This document shows positions 41,250 through 56,184 of a DNA stretch of 64,000 nucleotides, piece after piece. The stretch is from the NCBI RefSeq assembly GCF_009914755.1, contig NC_060940.1. One strand, 5' to 3'. Under the pieces are notes generated by a model that saw only the letters and a program-made list of their open reading frames with translations, searched no databases and was not told where the DNA came from. Both the position numbers and the translations under genes were made by a program. Within the stretch, counting starts at the first letter, position 1. The number at the start of each line of letters is the position of its first letter. This stretch comes from the human T2T-CHM13v2.0 reference genome, Homo sapiens.

Positions 41250-42250
41250 CAGCGCTGGCGCATGGTAAGCACCCCACGCATGACGCGACAGCGGTAGCTT
41301 GGGTGGATGTTGAATTGGTTAGGATGTATTCAAGGATATCCCAGAGGCCAGCGGAATAGGCGAAGCCGAGAAAGATGGAGAAAAGACGGCAGAGGAGATA
41401 AAGAGGGAATGGAAGAAGTGAGGAGGCAACAGGGTCCGCCCTCCAGGCGGGGCGCCAGGGAGAGGCCCAGGCCGGGGCGGGAGCGCACGTGGCCTATTTC
41501 GGGCGGAGCAGAGGCACTGGGCGCAGCGGAGACCTCCAAGCCGGCCCCAGGAGACGGGCCGCGAGGTTAGGTTGGAACTCGGCGGCAAGGACCTTGAACG
41601 CCGGGCTGGGGCGGCTCCAGGTGCTTGGGAGTCGGGGGACTGCGGAGGACGCCAAGTCTGAGCTCGCCGCCCTCTCCGAGCCGTTTGGGCCGGACGCCTG
41701 GGTCCTTCGGGCTCCGCCCCAGGGGGTGGGGCTATATGTTCGGACCAATGACCGGCCGTCCCTGCGGTCCCGCCCCCTCCCCGCCCCCGGAGCCGCGGCC
41801 TCGCTGAGTGCCCAGCCGCCCGGCGCCCAGGCCTGGGGCACCGCGAGTGCCGAACCTTCGGCTGGTGAGTGCGCACCCCCTCCCCGGGGTTTCCGCCCCG
41901 ATCCCGCCTCCAGCCCGTGCCCCAGAGCTCCAGGTCGCCGACCCGGGCCCTGGGGAGTGACTCAGCGCAAGGATGGTGGCGACTTGCGGGGGCTGGAGAT
42001 TCGAACTGTTCAAGGCCTTGAATGCTGGGATGAGTGGGGTGAACGCGAGCCCTCGGAGCTGGTCCCGGGGCTGTGCCAGAGCGTGGGGCCGGGCTGGGGT
42101 GGACGGGAGAGGACCAGATTCGGAGACCAGGGCAGGGCGGGAGAAGCCACGGCTGCACTGCCTTGCTGGGCCAGGGCCACGGTGGGCGGGGGGGGGGGGG
42201 GTGGGGGGGGGCGGGTCCTGAGCTTCTGATCCAGCTCCCCGCCTCAGGAC
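41250..42250 (+). promoter_or_regulatory. ZNF771 CpG-island promoter and non-coding exon 1
   Basis: CpG-rich; CACGTG at 41486; CCAAT at 41745; GC boxes; donor G|GTGAGT at 41864/41865. Confidence 0.8.
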
Positions 42251-42256
42251 ACCAAG

Positions 42257-42397
42257 ATGCCTGGCGAACAGCAGGCAGAGGAAGAGGAGGAGGAAGAGAT
42301 GCAGGAGGAGATGGTGCTGCTGGTGAAGGGTGAGGAGGATGAGGGTGAGGAGAAGTATGAGGTGGTGAAACTCAAGATCCCCATGGACAACAAGGAG
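42257..42397 (+). CDS. ZNF771: ZNF771 first coding exon (acidic N-terminus)
   Basis: Acceptor at 42247; encodes MPGEQQAEEEEEEEMQEEMVLLVKG...DNKE; donor GTATGT. Confidence 0.9.
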
Positions 42398-43037
42398 GTA
42401 TGTGTCACACACACCCTGGGGCACACTGTCCCCAAACCTGGTCCAGGCCCAGCCTCCCTCAGATAGAAGCCAGGGATCTTGCCCCTACTTTTCCCAGAAT
42501 CTCGGATCTAAAACCTCAGGATTGGCCCATCCTTCTGCCCTACTGCCTGGGCTTCCATCATACAAAAGTCACGCCTACTGTCCCAGGCTTCCTGCTGGGT
42601 GCAGGAGATTAAACTCCGTCCTTGGATCCCCCATGGAGCTTGATGTTAGACTGAAGGGTAACCACACAGTTAGAATCCCGTGTGATGGCTGCAGGTACAG
42701 GGGGATGATGAAGCCTAGAAGTGGGAACTTAACTCAGATTTAGAGGTTGGGGAAAGGTCAGGTTAGTTCAACAGCAACAGTAACAATAGCTAACCCTTGC
42801 CTAGCATTTTCTATGTGCCAGGCACTGTTCTAAGCACCTCGATTCTATGATGTCGGTAGCATTTATTCCATTTTACAGATGAGGAGACTGAGGCCCAGGG
42901 CAGTTTGGTAACTGGCCACAGGTCTCAAAGTAAAAGGATGGCTTATGTGAGACTAGTAGGAGTCTGGGGTCAGAAGTGGGGTGATGGACCCAGTCAGAGG
43001 AAATGGCTCTTTTATTATTACTGTTGTTATTGTTTGA

Positions 43038-43415
<378 letters not shown>

Positions 43416-43845
43416 TGATCCTCCCACCTCAGCCTCCCAAAGTGCTGGGATTATAGGTGTGAGCCACCGTATCCAGCCAGAAATGGCCCTTATAGAGGCT
43501 CAGACGAGTGAGTAGTGCACTGCAGCAGTGAGGGTGGGTGGTTCGGTCATGCTGTAGTGTGGATGAGTGGGGGTGGTTGGCAGGCCACACAGGGAGTCTG
43601 GCTTTTATTCTGAGGGTATTTGAAGGTTTTGAGATCAGAATATGAGTTAAATTTCACCCCCTGGAGACCCTAACTGCCACCAGATACGTTTCCGCTTCTC
43701 AGAACCCCAGAGGATTCTGTCTGCCCCCAGCCTGAGCAGCCCTGAGTACCAGCAGAGGGCTTTGGCCCCAGGGACCCAGCTTGCAGGGGCCGGGACTCTG
43801 ATTCTTCCTGCCCAGGAGCCAGTTCCCAGGGAAAGAATGCTCTGC

Positions 43846-43858
43846 TGCCCCCTAGTGG
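43846..43858 (-). promoter_or_regulatory. CTCF motif in ZNF771 intron 2
   Basis: TGCCCCCTAGTGG on +, i.e. CCACTAGGGGGCA on -, a near-perfect CTCF core. Confidence 0.65.
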
Positions 43859-44933
43859 GCCTGCTGGGTGCTGGGGGAGGGGACTAGCTCCTTAGGCCTC
43901 TGGATAGTCTAATAACTATCTGGTTGTGTTTGTTGCGGGCCCCCTTCGCCCATTATCCAGCTCTGCCTGCCTCTTCTGGCCCTGCGATTGCCTGATCTCC
44001 ACCTTTGGCCTCTAAGTTACAAACACAGGCTCCAGAGCTTAGGGTGGACTTCCAGCTCCATCATTTACCCGCTGTGTGACCTTGGCCAAGTTTCCTAACC
44101 GCTCCACGCCTCAGTTTCCTCATTTGTAAAAGGGAAATTATAACAGCACCTACATCTTGGAGTTGTGAGGAATGAATGAGTCAACACATGCACAGAGTTA
44201 GAACTGTGTCTGGCACAAAATAAACACGGAAATAGTTGCTGTTACATTTATTCTTCTCCCCAAAGCTCAGGACCTTGGGCAAGGTCATCCTTCTTGAGAT
44301 TTTTCAACTTTTTTTTTTTTTTTTGAGACGGAGTCTCACTATGTCGCCCAGGCTGGAGTGCAGTGGCGCAATCTTGGTTCACCGCACCTCCACCTACCGG
44401 GTTCATGCCATTCTCCTGCCTCAGTCTCCTGAGTAGCTGGGATTATAGGTGCGCACTACCATGCCCAGCTAATTTTTGTATTTTTAGTAGAGGTGGGGTT
44501 TCACCATATTGGTCAGGCTGGTCTCGAACTCCTGACCTCATGATCCGCCCGCCTCGGCCTCCCAAAGTGTTGGGATTACAGGCGTGAGCCACCACGCCTG
44601 GCTCAACTCATTTTTATCAAAGGCCTGGGCTGAACCATGAGAACTGGGGTTGATCAGGGAAGTGAATGTGGGGGCACAGAGGATTGAAGACAAACGACTC
44701 AAGGCAGTGGGGAAGGCTTCCCAGAGGAGATGATTTTTGACTTGGGCCTTGAAGGCTTTGCAGGGGTTTGGCACATGGAGGAGGAGGAAGGGCATTCCAG
44801 GAGGAGGAAACAGCAAAAACAAAGACTCAGAGGAAATGAGACTGGAAAGGCAGTTGGGGGACAGAGGGGCCTTGCAAGCTAGGGCAGGACGTACTGTGTT
44901 AGGTTCTGTGGCACCATAAGAAGCCTTAAATCA

Positions 44934-45125
<192 letters not shown>

Positions 45126-45225
45126 CTACTCTGGAGGCTGAATGATCCCAGGAGTTCAAGGCTGCAGTGAGCCATGACTGCACCACTGTACTCCAGCCTG
45201 GGCAACAGAGAGAGACCCTGTCTCA

Positions 45226-45654
<429 letters not shown>

Positions 45655-46407
45655 TTAGGAACCTGGCTAGAGCCAAGGGGTATGTGCGGTGAAGGTCTGA
45701 CATGGCTAGTCATGAAAGGCACACAGGGCCAGATTGTGAATGGTATCATGTAGCGGTCGTAACTCCACCGTTTACCAGCTTTTCTTTGGCTTTCTCATCT
45801 GTAAAATGGGGTAATAGAGTAAGACCCCTGAATGCCAGTCTGAGAAGTGTCATCAAGGTGACTAGATTTGGAGGAGATGGGTGGAATTGAGGATTATGCA
45901 CACATATCCCATGAACTGTTAGCATCGTGCCCAGAAGGGTGCTCGATCGTTAGCTTGCTGTGGGCCTTCCTGAGCCTCATTTCTCCATCTATGAAATGGT
46001 GACCTCGAAAACACCTTCCAGTGGTGACATTCAGTGAGTCCTAGCTATTGCCAGTCCTGTGGCCAGTCACTGTCCAGAAGGGCCTTAATTACGCTGCATG
46101 CAGGGGCTGGAGTATTCTCCCTCTGCCATCAAAACCCAATCTATCTTTTAGAAAGATTTTCTGAGGGCTCCATGCACATCCAAACCTATCTTTCCCTGGC
46201 TTGAACCCTTGAGTGGTTTTCTGTTTCCCTCAGGGTGAGGTCTCAGCTCCTAAACTTGGCATTCAAAGCTCTTTACCATCTGACCTCATGCCATTCTGGC
46301 TTCATCCCCTCGACACCTATCCCATCCCCCCTTGTGGTCTCAGCCCGCAAAGCCCTCTTCACCTTTGCTCCCTGCTTTCTCCAGGAGTAGCTCTTTTCTC
46401 ATCTAGA

Positions 46408-46572
46408 TCAGTTTCTTAATTTTTAACATGCATACAGATCACCCAGGGGTCTTGTTAAAATGAGGATTTTAATTCAGTAAAATCTGGAGTGGGATTTGAG
46501 ATTCTGCATTTGTAAAAAGTTCCCAGTGATGTTGATGTTGCTGGTCTGTGGACCACACATCCTCCAGCAAGG
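46408..46572. mobile_element. MER5-like hAT-Charlie MITE
   Basis: CAGTTTCTTAA...CTTGTTAAAATG...ATTCTGCATTT...GCTGGTC...GGACCACAC resembles the MER5A/B layout. Confidence 0.7.
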
Positions 46573-47504
46573 AACTAGAAGACAGTGGTTGTGTTTAATA
46601 GTTTGTGCCAAAATGAAGGAAGACTGTGACCACAAAAAGGGGCCAGGGGAGGGAGACAAGCTGTGTAAGTGGCCTCAAACTCTAGTCAGTGAGATTAGAA
46701 TTGCATCATGGAGGCTGGGCGTGATGGCTCTTGCCTGTAATCCCAGCACTTTTGGAGGCTGAGGCAGGAGGATTGATTGAGCTCAGGAGTTCGAGACCAG
46801 CCTGGGCAACATGGCAAAACCCCATCTCTACTGAAATACAAAAATTAGCCGGGTGTGGTGGCACACCCCTGTAGCGCCAGCTATTTGGGGGGTTGAGTCA
46901 GGAGGATTGCTTTAGCCCGGGAAGTCAAGGCTGCAGTGAGCCGTGATCATGCCACTGCATCCAGCCTGGGTGACACAGTGAGACCTTTTCTCAAAAAAAA
47001 AAAAGAGAATAAAAAAAGAATTGCATCATGGTTAAGAGAATAGGTGTTCTGGAAAATGAGTAAATTCAGTTCAAACCCTGGCTCTGCCATTTATTAGCTG
47101 AATAGCCTTGCCTTGTGTAGTCACTTAACTTCTGAGTCTTATTTCCTTATATATAAAACAGGGCTAAGGTACCTAACGAAAGCCATGGCGAGAATTTAGA
47201 AAGACAGTACTGGTAAAAAGCACTTAGCACAGTTCCTGGCACATGGTGAGTGCCCAACAAGTGGGAGTTATTTTATTAATTAGAGAAGTAATGGCTAAGG
47301 AAGAAACTGGGATGTTTGCTCTGGTTAAAAAACATTTAAGCAGGAAAACAAAAATCACTAACTTCTAATACCTGGATTATTATATTATTACACTACATTG
47401 TATGTTCACAGTAGCCTCCTGTTATAGTGCAAATACCATTTATTCTAATTTTTAAATCTAATAGTTGTAGAATTTAAGACATGCTTGGGCCATTAATGAT
47501 CACC

Positions 47505-47762
47505 TAGTCTGGTATTTGCCAAGTTTCAGTCACATGTGTATTGCTCATATGTTGTACTCACATTATTTATTAATGTTTTTCTTCAAATAGATTCACATTG
47601 TTTTGTTAAATAAATGTACCTTCATCTAAACAATAGTACTGATGAAATTGTGGGTTTCATGTGATATCTTGTTTTTTAAATATTCGTGAAAATAAATGTG
47701 TAACAATTATGAGACTTTTTTAAAGTTTGCCCACATACCACCTTATACCTCATGCTGGGAAA
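47505..47762. mobile_element. old hAT-Charlie-type MITE (MER113-like)
   Basis: CCAAGTTTCAGTCA...AT-rich core...CATACCACC...TGGGAA termini; subfamily uncertain. Confidence 0.4.
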
Positions 47763-48836
47763 TTTTGGGTTTTTTTTCTTTTTTTAGAGACACGATCTCG
47801 CTTTGTCACCCAGGCTGGAGTGCAGTGGCACGTGATTGTAGCTCACTGCAGCCTTGAACTCTTGGGCTCAAGTGATCCTCCTTCCTCGGCCTACCAAGTT
47901 GTTGGGACTACAAGTGCACCCCACCACACCTGGCTAATTTTTCACTTTTTGTAGAGACGAGGTCTAACTGTGTTGCCCAGGCTGGTGTCCAACTCCTGGC
48001 CTCAAGTAATCCTCCTTCCTTGGCCTCCCGAAGTGCTAAGATTACAGGTGTGAGTCACTGCACCTGGCCTCATACTGGGAATTTGATCTCACTTAGCCTA
48101 CCTGGCCTTTCTCGGGACACTGGGGCAGAGGAGGATCTTAATGAGCTGGATTCAGCTCCTCTTACCAAGATTTTTCCTCGGGCATCCAAGGCCCCTTCTC
48201 CTGGGCTGGAGACATCAACAGTGCTTGTATGGAGAATTTCTTTTTCAGAAGTCAGTGAACTCAGCATGAGGAAGCCCTCAGGCTGTCCAAAGTCACCTGA
48301 AAGAGGGTGCCAAGGAAAAACGGGCCAGAAAAATGTAGATCTGATGAGACAAGTTCTCTCCACAGTGGCTGATGTATTGAAATAAACCAATAGATTTCAA
48401 AACCAGGGCAAGACTGGAAAATGTGACCTTGAATTCAGATGGTACCAAACATACTGTGGGGAGTTTCTCCATTTAAAGTATCAAGTTGTATTTTAACCTT
48501 GAATCCCTCTTGGAGTGTGCCAGGGACGTGGAATCCAGCCTCTGTCACATCTTGGTCACGTGAGTTCAGAACAGTGTAGCCTGAATGACGGCATGGTCTC
48601 ATGGGCACCCTGAGTCCATCCTGGCTCCCACTGGCCATGTGAATTTCATCGCCCTCAGCCTCAGCTTTCTCAGCTATCAAAAGAGAGAACACCCAGCTCA
48701 AGGCGGGTGACAGGAGGATTTAATACAATAACATACATAGTGTTGTCAAAGCTTAATACTTTGTTATTGATTGTTGCTATTGTTATCAGTATAGATACTA
48801 TTTAAACCAGATTTCTCTTGGTCACTAATTTTCTAA

Positions 48837-49082
<246 letters not shown>

Positions 49083-49085
49083 TGA

Positions 49086-49283
<198 letters not shown>

Positions 49284-49286
49284 TGA

Positions 49287-49466
<180 letters not shown>

Positions 49467-50349
49467 TAATTTCTGAGTTGGTTACCACAAAGCCACTACC
49501 TTTTGACAAACTATCTTGAAGGCCTTGAAGTTGCCCTCCTGCAGCTTCAGAAACAGAAGGCCCTACTATTTTCTGCTGTCACCCTTTTTTTTTTTTTTTT
49601 TTTTTTGAGACGGAGTCTTGCCGTCACCTAGGCTGGAGGCAGTGGTGCAATCTTGGCTCACTGCAACCTCCACCTCCCGGGTTCAAGCAGTTCCCTGCCT
49701 CAGCCTCCCGAGTAGCTGGGATTACAGGCGTCCGCCACCACGCCCAGCTAATTTTTGTATTTGTAGTAGAGACGGGGTTTCAACATCTTGGCTAGGCTGG
49801 GCTTGAACTCCTGACCTCGTGATCCACCTGCCTCGGCCTCCCAAAGTGCTGGTATTACAGGCGTGAGCCACTGCACCTGGCCTTGCTGTCCCTCTCTCTT
49901 CACCTGTCTCCCCATCTGTAAAATAGGGATGATGATAATTACCTCGTGGAGATCGAATATGGGAGAAGCTGACACTGTCTTGTCCTTAATATGCCCCAGG
50001 CACTTCATTTGGTCATGAATTAATTGCTTGGCCACAGTAGATACGCGACATCAGTTTTGCTGGGGTTTTGAGCGTTCTCTTTTCTAGGAAGGGAGCAATA
50101 TGCCCTCAATACTCTTCACTGTTAGTCCAGAATGTTTTCCCTTCATGTGCCTCTTAGAAGGCATTTCTTTCCTTTTTCTGATTTTTATCTCTAAAAGGCC
50201 AGAGCTTGTGAAACTGGCTCATTTTCAGATTGTTTCATTTCAGACCTCAGAATAACATTTGGCTTTTACCCTTGCCTTTTTCTTCACTGCTTAAAAAATG
50301 ATAGGTGTTTGCTATTCAAAGCTGATTAAGAGCCTGGACTTGGTCCTGG

Positions 50350-51545
50350 CCTGGCTTCCAGGATGCCCCTCTCCTGCTCTCCTCCCTCCCTGGCTTCTCC
50401 CCATCTTGCTGCCCTAGGTTCTGTCTGCCCATCCCCTGGATGATCTCATCCACTCATTCTCAAGGCTTTATAAACCATCTATAGGTTGACAGCTTCTCAA
50501 TTAACATCTCCAGTCTAGGCCTCGCTTCTGAGCTCCAGATATGTCAAGAAGCCGTGACACCATCCAAAACAGATCTCCCCTCTCAACTTGCTCCTCCCAC
50601 CGTCCTCATCTCTGTAAATGGCAACTCCACCTTTGCAGTTGCTAAGCTCAAAAACCTTGAAGTCATTTTGATCTCTTTTTCTTCACACCTCATATCTAAT
50701 CTCTTATTAAATCTATTGTCTCACACTGCAAATAGATCCAGAAGCCAATCACTTCTCACCACCTCCACCATCCACCGTCCACTTCTGTCACCTGGGTATG
50801 AGCCACTATCTTCTCTTGCCAGGTGGCTGTAGTGGCCTCCTCACTGGGCTTCTGCTTCTGCTCTCTCCAACTCCTTCATTTGGTTTTCAACCCCAGTAGC
50901 CTGAGGGGAGCCTTTTTAAATGTGTAGGATATGGTCACTTCCCTGCTCAAAGCCCTCTGACATCTCCTCTTACAGGTCCCTGTCTCCTTTATAATAAAAG
51001 CCAGAGCCAGGCACAGTGGTATGTGCCTGTAACTCCAGCTACTCAGAAGGCTGAGTCAGGAGGGACTGCTTGAGCCAGGAGGTTCGGGACCAAGCCTGGG
51101 CCACGGCAAGACCCTGTCTCTTAAAAAAAAAAAAAAAAAAAAAAGCCAAATATAACAAATACAAGGCCCTATATGCCAAGAGATCTCCACCACTACATCC
51201 GTGACTCCCCCCATCATGCATTCTGCTTTAACCAATTTTTCTTGCCATTTCTGGAACAGCAGGCAACTCCCGCCTCTGCGCCCTGCCGTTCCCTCTGCAG
51301 TGCTCCTCAGAGGGCTATCCACGTAGCCTGCTCTGTCACCTCCTTTAAGTCTTTGCTCATGTTATCATATCGGTAAAGTGTCTTGACAACCCTGTTTAAA
51401 TCTGTAGCATCCCCAATACCAGCATTCCTTATCCATTATTTCTGAAAGCAGGAATTTTTTAATGCTTTTTATTTAATGCGGAATCCCCGTGCCTAGAACA
51501 GTCTAGGACACTGCATGCCCTCAGTAAATATTGGTTGAATTAATA
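50350..51545 (+). mobile_element. L2 LINE 3' remnant, interrupted by an Alu fragment
   Basis: L2-like blocks ending GCCTAGAACAGT...CTCAGTAAATATTGGTTGAAT. Confidence 0.65.
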
Positions 51546-51756
51546 AAAATAGCTAGAACGCCACTGGGCTTTGTGATGTGTGCGTTACGCGCATTATCTC
51601 ACTGGATGCGCACAGCCATCCTGGGAGGCAGCACCGTGGCCTTTCCTATTTCATAGATGGGGAACTGAGGCTCACAGAGGGAGCAGCCTGTGGAGACCCA
51701 GGTCTCTGGCTCCGGGGCCTGCCGCTAAGGGCTGACCTATCCCCCTCTCCCCGCAG

Positions 51757-52569
51757 GTCCCGGGCGAGGCGCCCGCGCCGTCCGCCGACCCGGCGCGTCC
51801 CCACGCGTGCCCCGACTGCGGCCGCGCCTTCGCGCGCCGCTCCACGCTGGCGAAGCACGCGCGCACGCACACGGGCGAACGGCCCTTCGGGTGCACCGAG
51901 TGCGGGCGGCGCTTCTCACAGAAGTCGGCGCTGACCAAACACGGCCGCACGCACACGGGCGAGCGGCCCTACGAGTGCCCCGAGTGCGACAAACGCTTCT
52001 CGGCCGCCTCGAACCTGCGGCAGCACCGGCGGCGGCACACGGGCGAGAAGCCGTACGCATGCGCGCACTGCGGCCGCCGCTTCGCGCAGAGCTCCAACTA
52101 CGCACAGCACCTGCGCGTGCACACGGGCGAGAAGCCGTACGCGTGCCCGGACTGCGGACGCGCCTTTGGCGGCAGCTCGTGCCTGGCGCGCCACCGACGC
52201 ACGCACACGGGCGAGCGGCCCTACGCTTGCGCCGACTGCGGCACGCGCTTCGCTCAGAGCTCGGCGCTGGCCAAGCACCGGCGCGTGCACACGGGCGAGA
52301 AGCCGCACCGCTGCGCTGTGTGTGGCCGTCGCTTCGGCCACCGCTCCAACCTGGCGGAGCACGCGCGCACGCACACAGGCGAGCGGCCCTACCCCTGCGC
52401 CGAGTGCGGCCGCCGCTTCCGCCTAAGCTCGCACTTCATTCGCCACCGACGCGCGCACATGCGGCGCCGCCTGTATATTTGCGCCGGCTGCGGCAGGGAC
52501 TTCAAGCTGCCCCCTGGCGCCACGGCCGCCACTGCCACCGAGCGTTGCCCGGAGTGTGAGGGCAGCTGA
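51757..52569 (+). CDS. ZNF771: ZNF771 last exon; 8 tandem C2H2 zinc fingers
   Basis: CCGCAG| acceptor; TGERP/TGEKP linkers; 141+813 nt = 317 aa + stop. Confidence 0.94.
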   Translation, partial: VPGEAPAPSADPARPHACPDCGRAFARRSTLAKHARTHTGERPFGCTECGRRFSQKSALTKHGRTHTGERPYECPECDKRFSAASNLRQHRRRHTGEKPYACAHCGRRFAQSSNYAQHLRVHTGEKPYACPDCGRAFGGSSCLARHRRTHTGERPYACADCGTRFAQSSALAKHRRVHTGEKPHRCAVCGRRFGHRSNLAEHARTHTGERPYPCAECGRRFRLSSHFIRHRRAHMRRRLYICAGCGRDFKLPPGATAATATERCPECEGS

Positions 52570-52777
52570 GTCCCGCAGGGCTGCGGAGGGGCGCGCTGGG
52601 GCTTCGACCTGGCTGCACTAACCCAGGCTCCTCCTCGCCCCGGCCTCCGGGTCTGGGAAATTGAGGGGACGGCAGGCCCGGCTGCCCTGGAACTGGGAGA
52701 CAGGGAGAATCCCCTGCCGGGGTCCCTGGAAACAGTGCCCACCCCACATCACTACATTCCCTCGGCCCGTGTTAGTG

Positions 52778-52783
52778 AATAAA
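52778..52783 (+). terminator. ZNF771 poly(A) signal
   Basis: AATAAA followed by a GT-rich tract. Confidence 0.8.
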
Positions 52784-53085
52784 GTATTATATCCTCACCC
52801 CACCCGTGCCTGTGAGTGAGGTGGGTGGGAGAGGAAGAAAGTTGGGGTTCTCCAGGCTCAGGTGCCAAGTGAGTTGTCAAGGAACCAAATGGGGATGTAA
52901 ACCTAAAAGGGGTTCCCGGCACCTCGGTTTGTGTTGGTTGGAGGTGATCGCACACTTGGCCCTTGGTTACGTCCTCATAACCTTAGACCTGAAAGGGCCC
53001 ATAAATATACTATGTTCACGATCAGACACGCACTGCATTCGGCAGAGCTCCAGTGAGCAAGGCACGACCCTCAGATCTCAGTCTA

Positions 53086-53433
<348 letters not shown>

Positions 53434-53828
53434 TCAAACAAACAAAAAACAAACCAAACCAAACCAAACCAAACCAAAAAAATCTCAAAGCGATTGGACC
53501 TAGCAGCTCATGCCTGTAATCTCCAGCACTTTGGGAGGCGGAGGCAGGAGGATCTCTTGAAGTCAAGAGTTTGAGATCAGCCTGGAGAACAAAGTGAGAC
53601 CCCCATCTATTAAAAAAAGAAAAAAAAAGGCTGGGCATGGTGAGGCACACTTGTAGTCACAGCAAATGAGGAGGCTGAGGTGGGAGGATCACTTGAGCAC
53701 AGGAGGTTGAGGCTACAGTGAGCTAATATTGTGGCACTGCACTCCAGGCTGGGCGACAGAGTGAGGCTGTCTCAAAAATAAATAAAAATTTAAAATTCCA
53801 AAGTTATAAAAAATTTTTTCTTGTTTTC

Positions 53829-53963
53829 TACTGTGCAACCCACTTCAGTGCCAGCAGCCTACAGGCATAGAGGCCCGGCAATGGTTGGGGCTACAGTTTG
53901 CTCTGGCATGGGGTACTATGAGAGGCCTAGGGAATCCAGCCCATCATAAATCCAAACCCATGC
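53829..53963 (-). ncRNA. SNORA80C: box H/ACA snoRNA, SNORA80/ACA67 family (probably SNORA80C)
   Basis: Minus strand reads GCATGGGTTTGGATTTATGATGGG...CATGCC-AGAGCA (H box, 53899-53904)...GGGTTGC-ACA-GTA (ACA at 53832-53834); 135 nt with two-hairpin layout; closely resembles SNORA80 as I recall it. Confidence 0.85.
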
Positions 53964-54140
53964 GTTGTTTTAAATTTATTTTGGGCCGGGTAAGGTGGCT
54001 TACGCCTGTAATCCCAGCAGTTTGGGAGGCTGAGGCAGGCAGATCACCTGAGGTCAGGAGTTCGAGACCAGCCTGGCCAACATGGTGAAACCCTATCTCT
54101 ACTAAAAATACAAAAATTAATTAGCCTGTAATCCCAGCTA

Positions 54141-54435
<295 letters not shown>

Positions 54436-55859
54436 CTAGCCTCAAGCAATCCTTCCACCTCTGCCTCCCGAAGTGCTGAGATCAGGCATGAGCCACCATG
54501 CCTGGCTAGGTAAATCTTTTCTGTCCATTTTTGCTACAGCCAATGAATGGCAGAGACAAGTAAATAGGCACTTGCAGTCCAGTGTCAACTGGTGCTATGA
54601 TGGAGGAAGATAGGCTCTTCTCAGAGGTGATGTTTAAGTTGGGTCTGGAAGGTGAAGCTGGGGTTCGGGAAGTGTGGAGAGAGCCCCTAAAGCTGCATTC
54701 CAGGGTCATTAGAGCTTGCAAATGTTCCCTGGGGTGGAATGGGGGGACAAAAAGCAAGAGGGTTTTGGAAGTGAGGTTAAAGTATCCAAGGTAGCAAAGC
54801 CTTGAGGGCTTAGAGGGGAAGGATGGATCTGACATCTGTAGGGAGCTGGAACTCATAGCAGTGGACCTGGGGTTGAGGGAAAGGAGATGGGACTGACTTC
54901 ATTTCTTAGCTTGGGTGACTGCAGGACAGTGTCACTGAGATGGGGGTGCAGGATGAAGAGCAAGACAGGAGGTTAAGTGGGGCAACTGTTACACCCCAGT
55001 CTGGACATGCTGAATGTTAGGTCAGCATGAGGGAGGGGATTGGCAATAATAGCTTAGAGATATCAGGTCTGGAGTTCGTCTGGAGTCCATGACACCATGT
55101 CCAGAAGAAAGCACTCAAGAAGAGTCTTGAAAGTGGCCAGGCGCGGTGGCTCACGCCGGTAATCCCAGCACTTTGGGAGGCCGAGGGAGGAGGATCACTT
55201 GAGGCCAGGAGTTCAAGACCAACTTGGGCAATATGGTAAGACCCCGTCTCCACTAAAAATAAGGAAAAATAGCCAGAGGTAGGAAGAAAACCAGGTAAGC
55301 ATCTTATCTGGGAAATCTAGAGGAAAGTGTTTCAGGGAGAGTGGAGGATCAGCTGCTGCTCTGGTGCCCGCTGCATTTGTCATGAAGGTGGGGATAGTGG
55401 TGAGAGTCGTTTCAGTGGAGGGGGGTGAAAACCAGCCAGGAGGCAAGGTTGTAAATGGGACAGTGGGGAAGCAGATTGGGGGAATTTAGCCAACCCTTTG
55501 AAGATACTGCTCGAGGTTTGATGGTTTCACTTTTGGCAACAGGGAAGGGATTCATATATGCTTTCTGCACGGGAAGAAAGGGCTAATGCAGAGAAGCTGA
55601 TCATACAGAAGGGAAAGCAGACACCCAATTAAAGAGAGGAAGGAATCAGGGCTTCATAAGAATGCGGATCCCATTATCACTGGACAGCCAGAAGACAGGC
55701 GGGTTTGGGCACATAATCTGATGCACTGTTTTACCTGGGAAATAAGAATGGGGGTCAATGGATAAGAAATATAAGAGAGTGAGGCCAGGAAAGGAGAATG
55801 CCTCATTTTACTGAGATGCAGACTGCCTCAGAGAGGCAGCAAGTCAGTGACCATTGTAG

Positions 55860-56042
<183 letters not shown>

Positions 56043-56184
56043 TAGCAGAGACGGGGTTTCACTGTGTTAGCCAGGATGGTCTTGATCTCCTGACTTCATG
56101 ATCCGCCCGCCTCAGCCTCCCAAAGTGCTGGGATTACAGGTGTAAGCCACTGCACCCGGCTGACCATTGAAGATTCTGAAAGCA

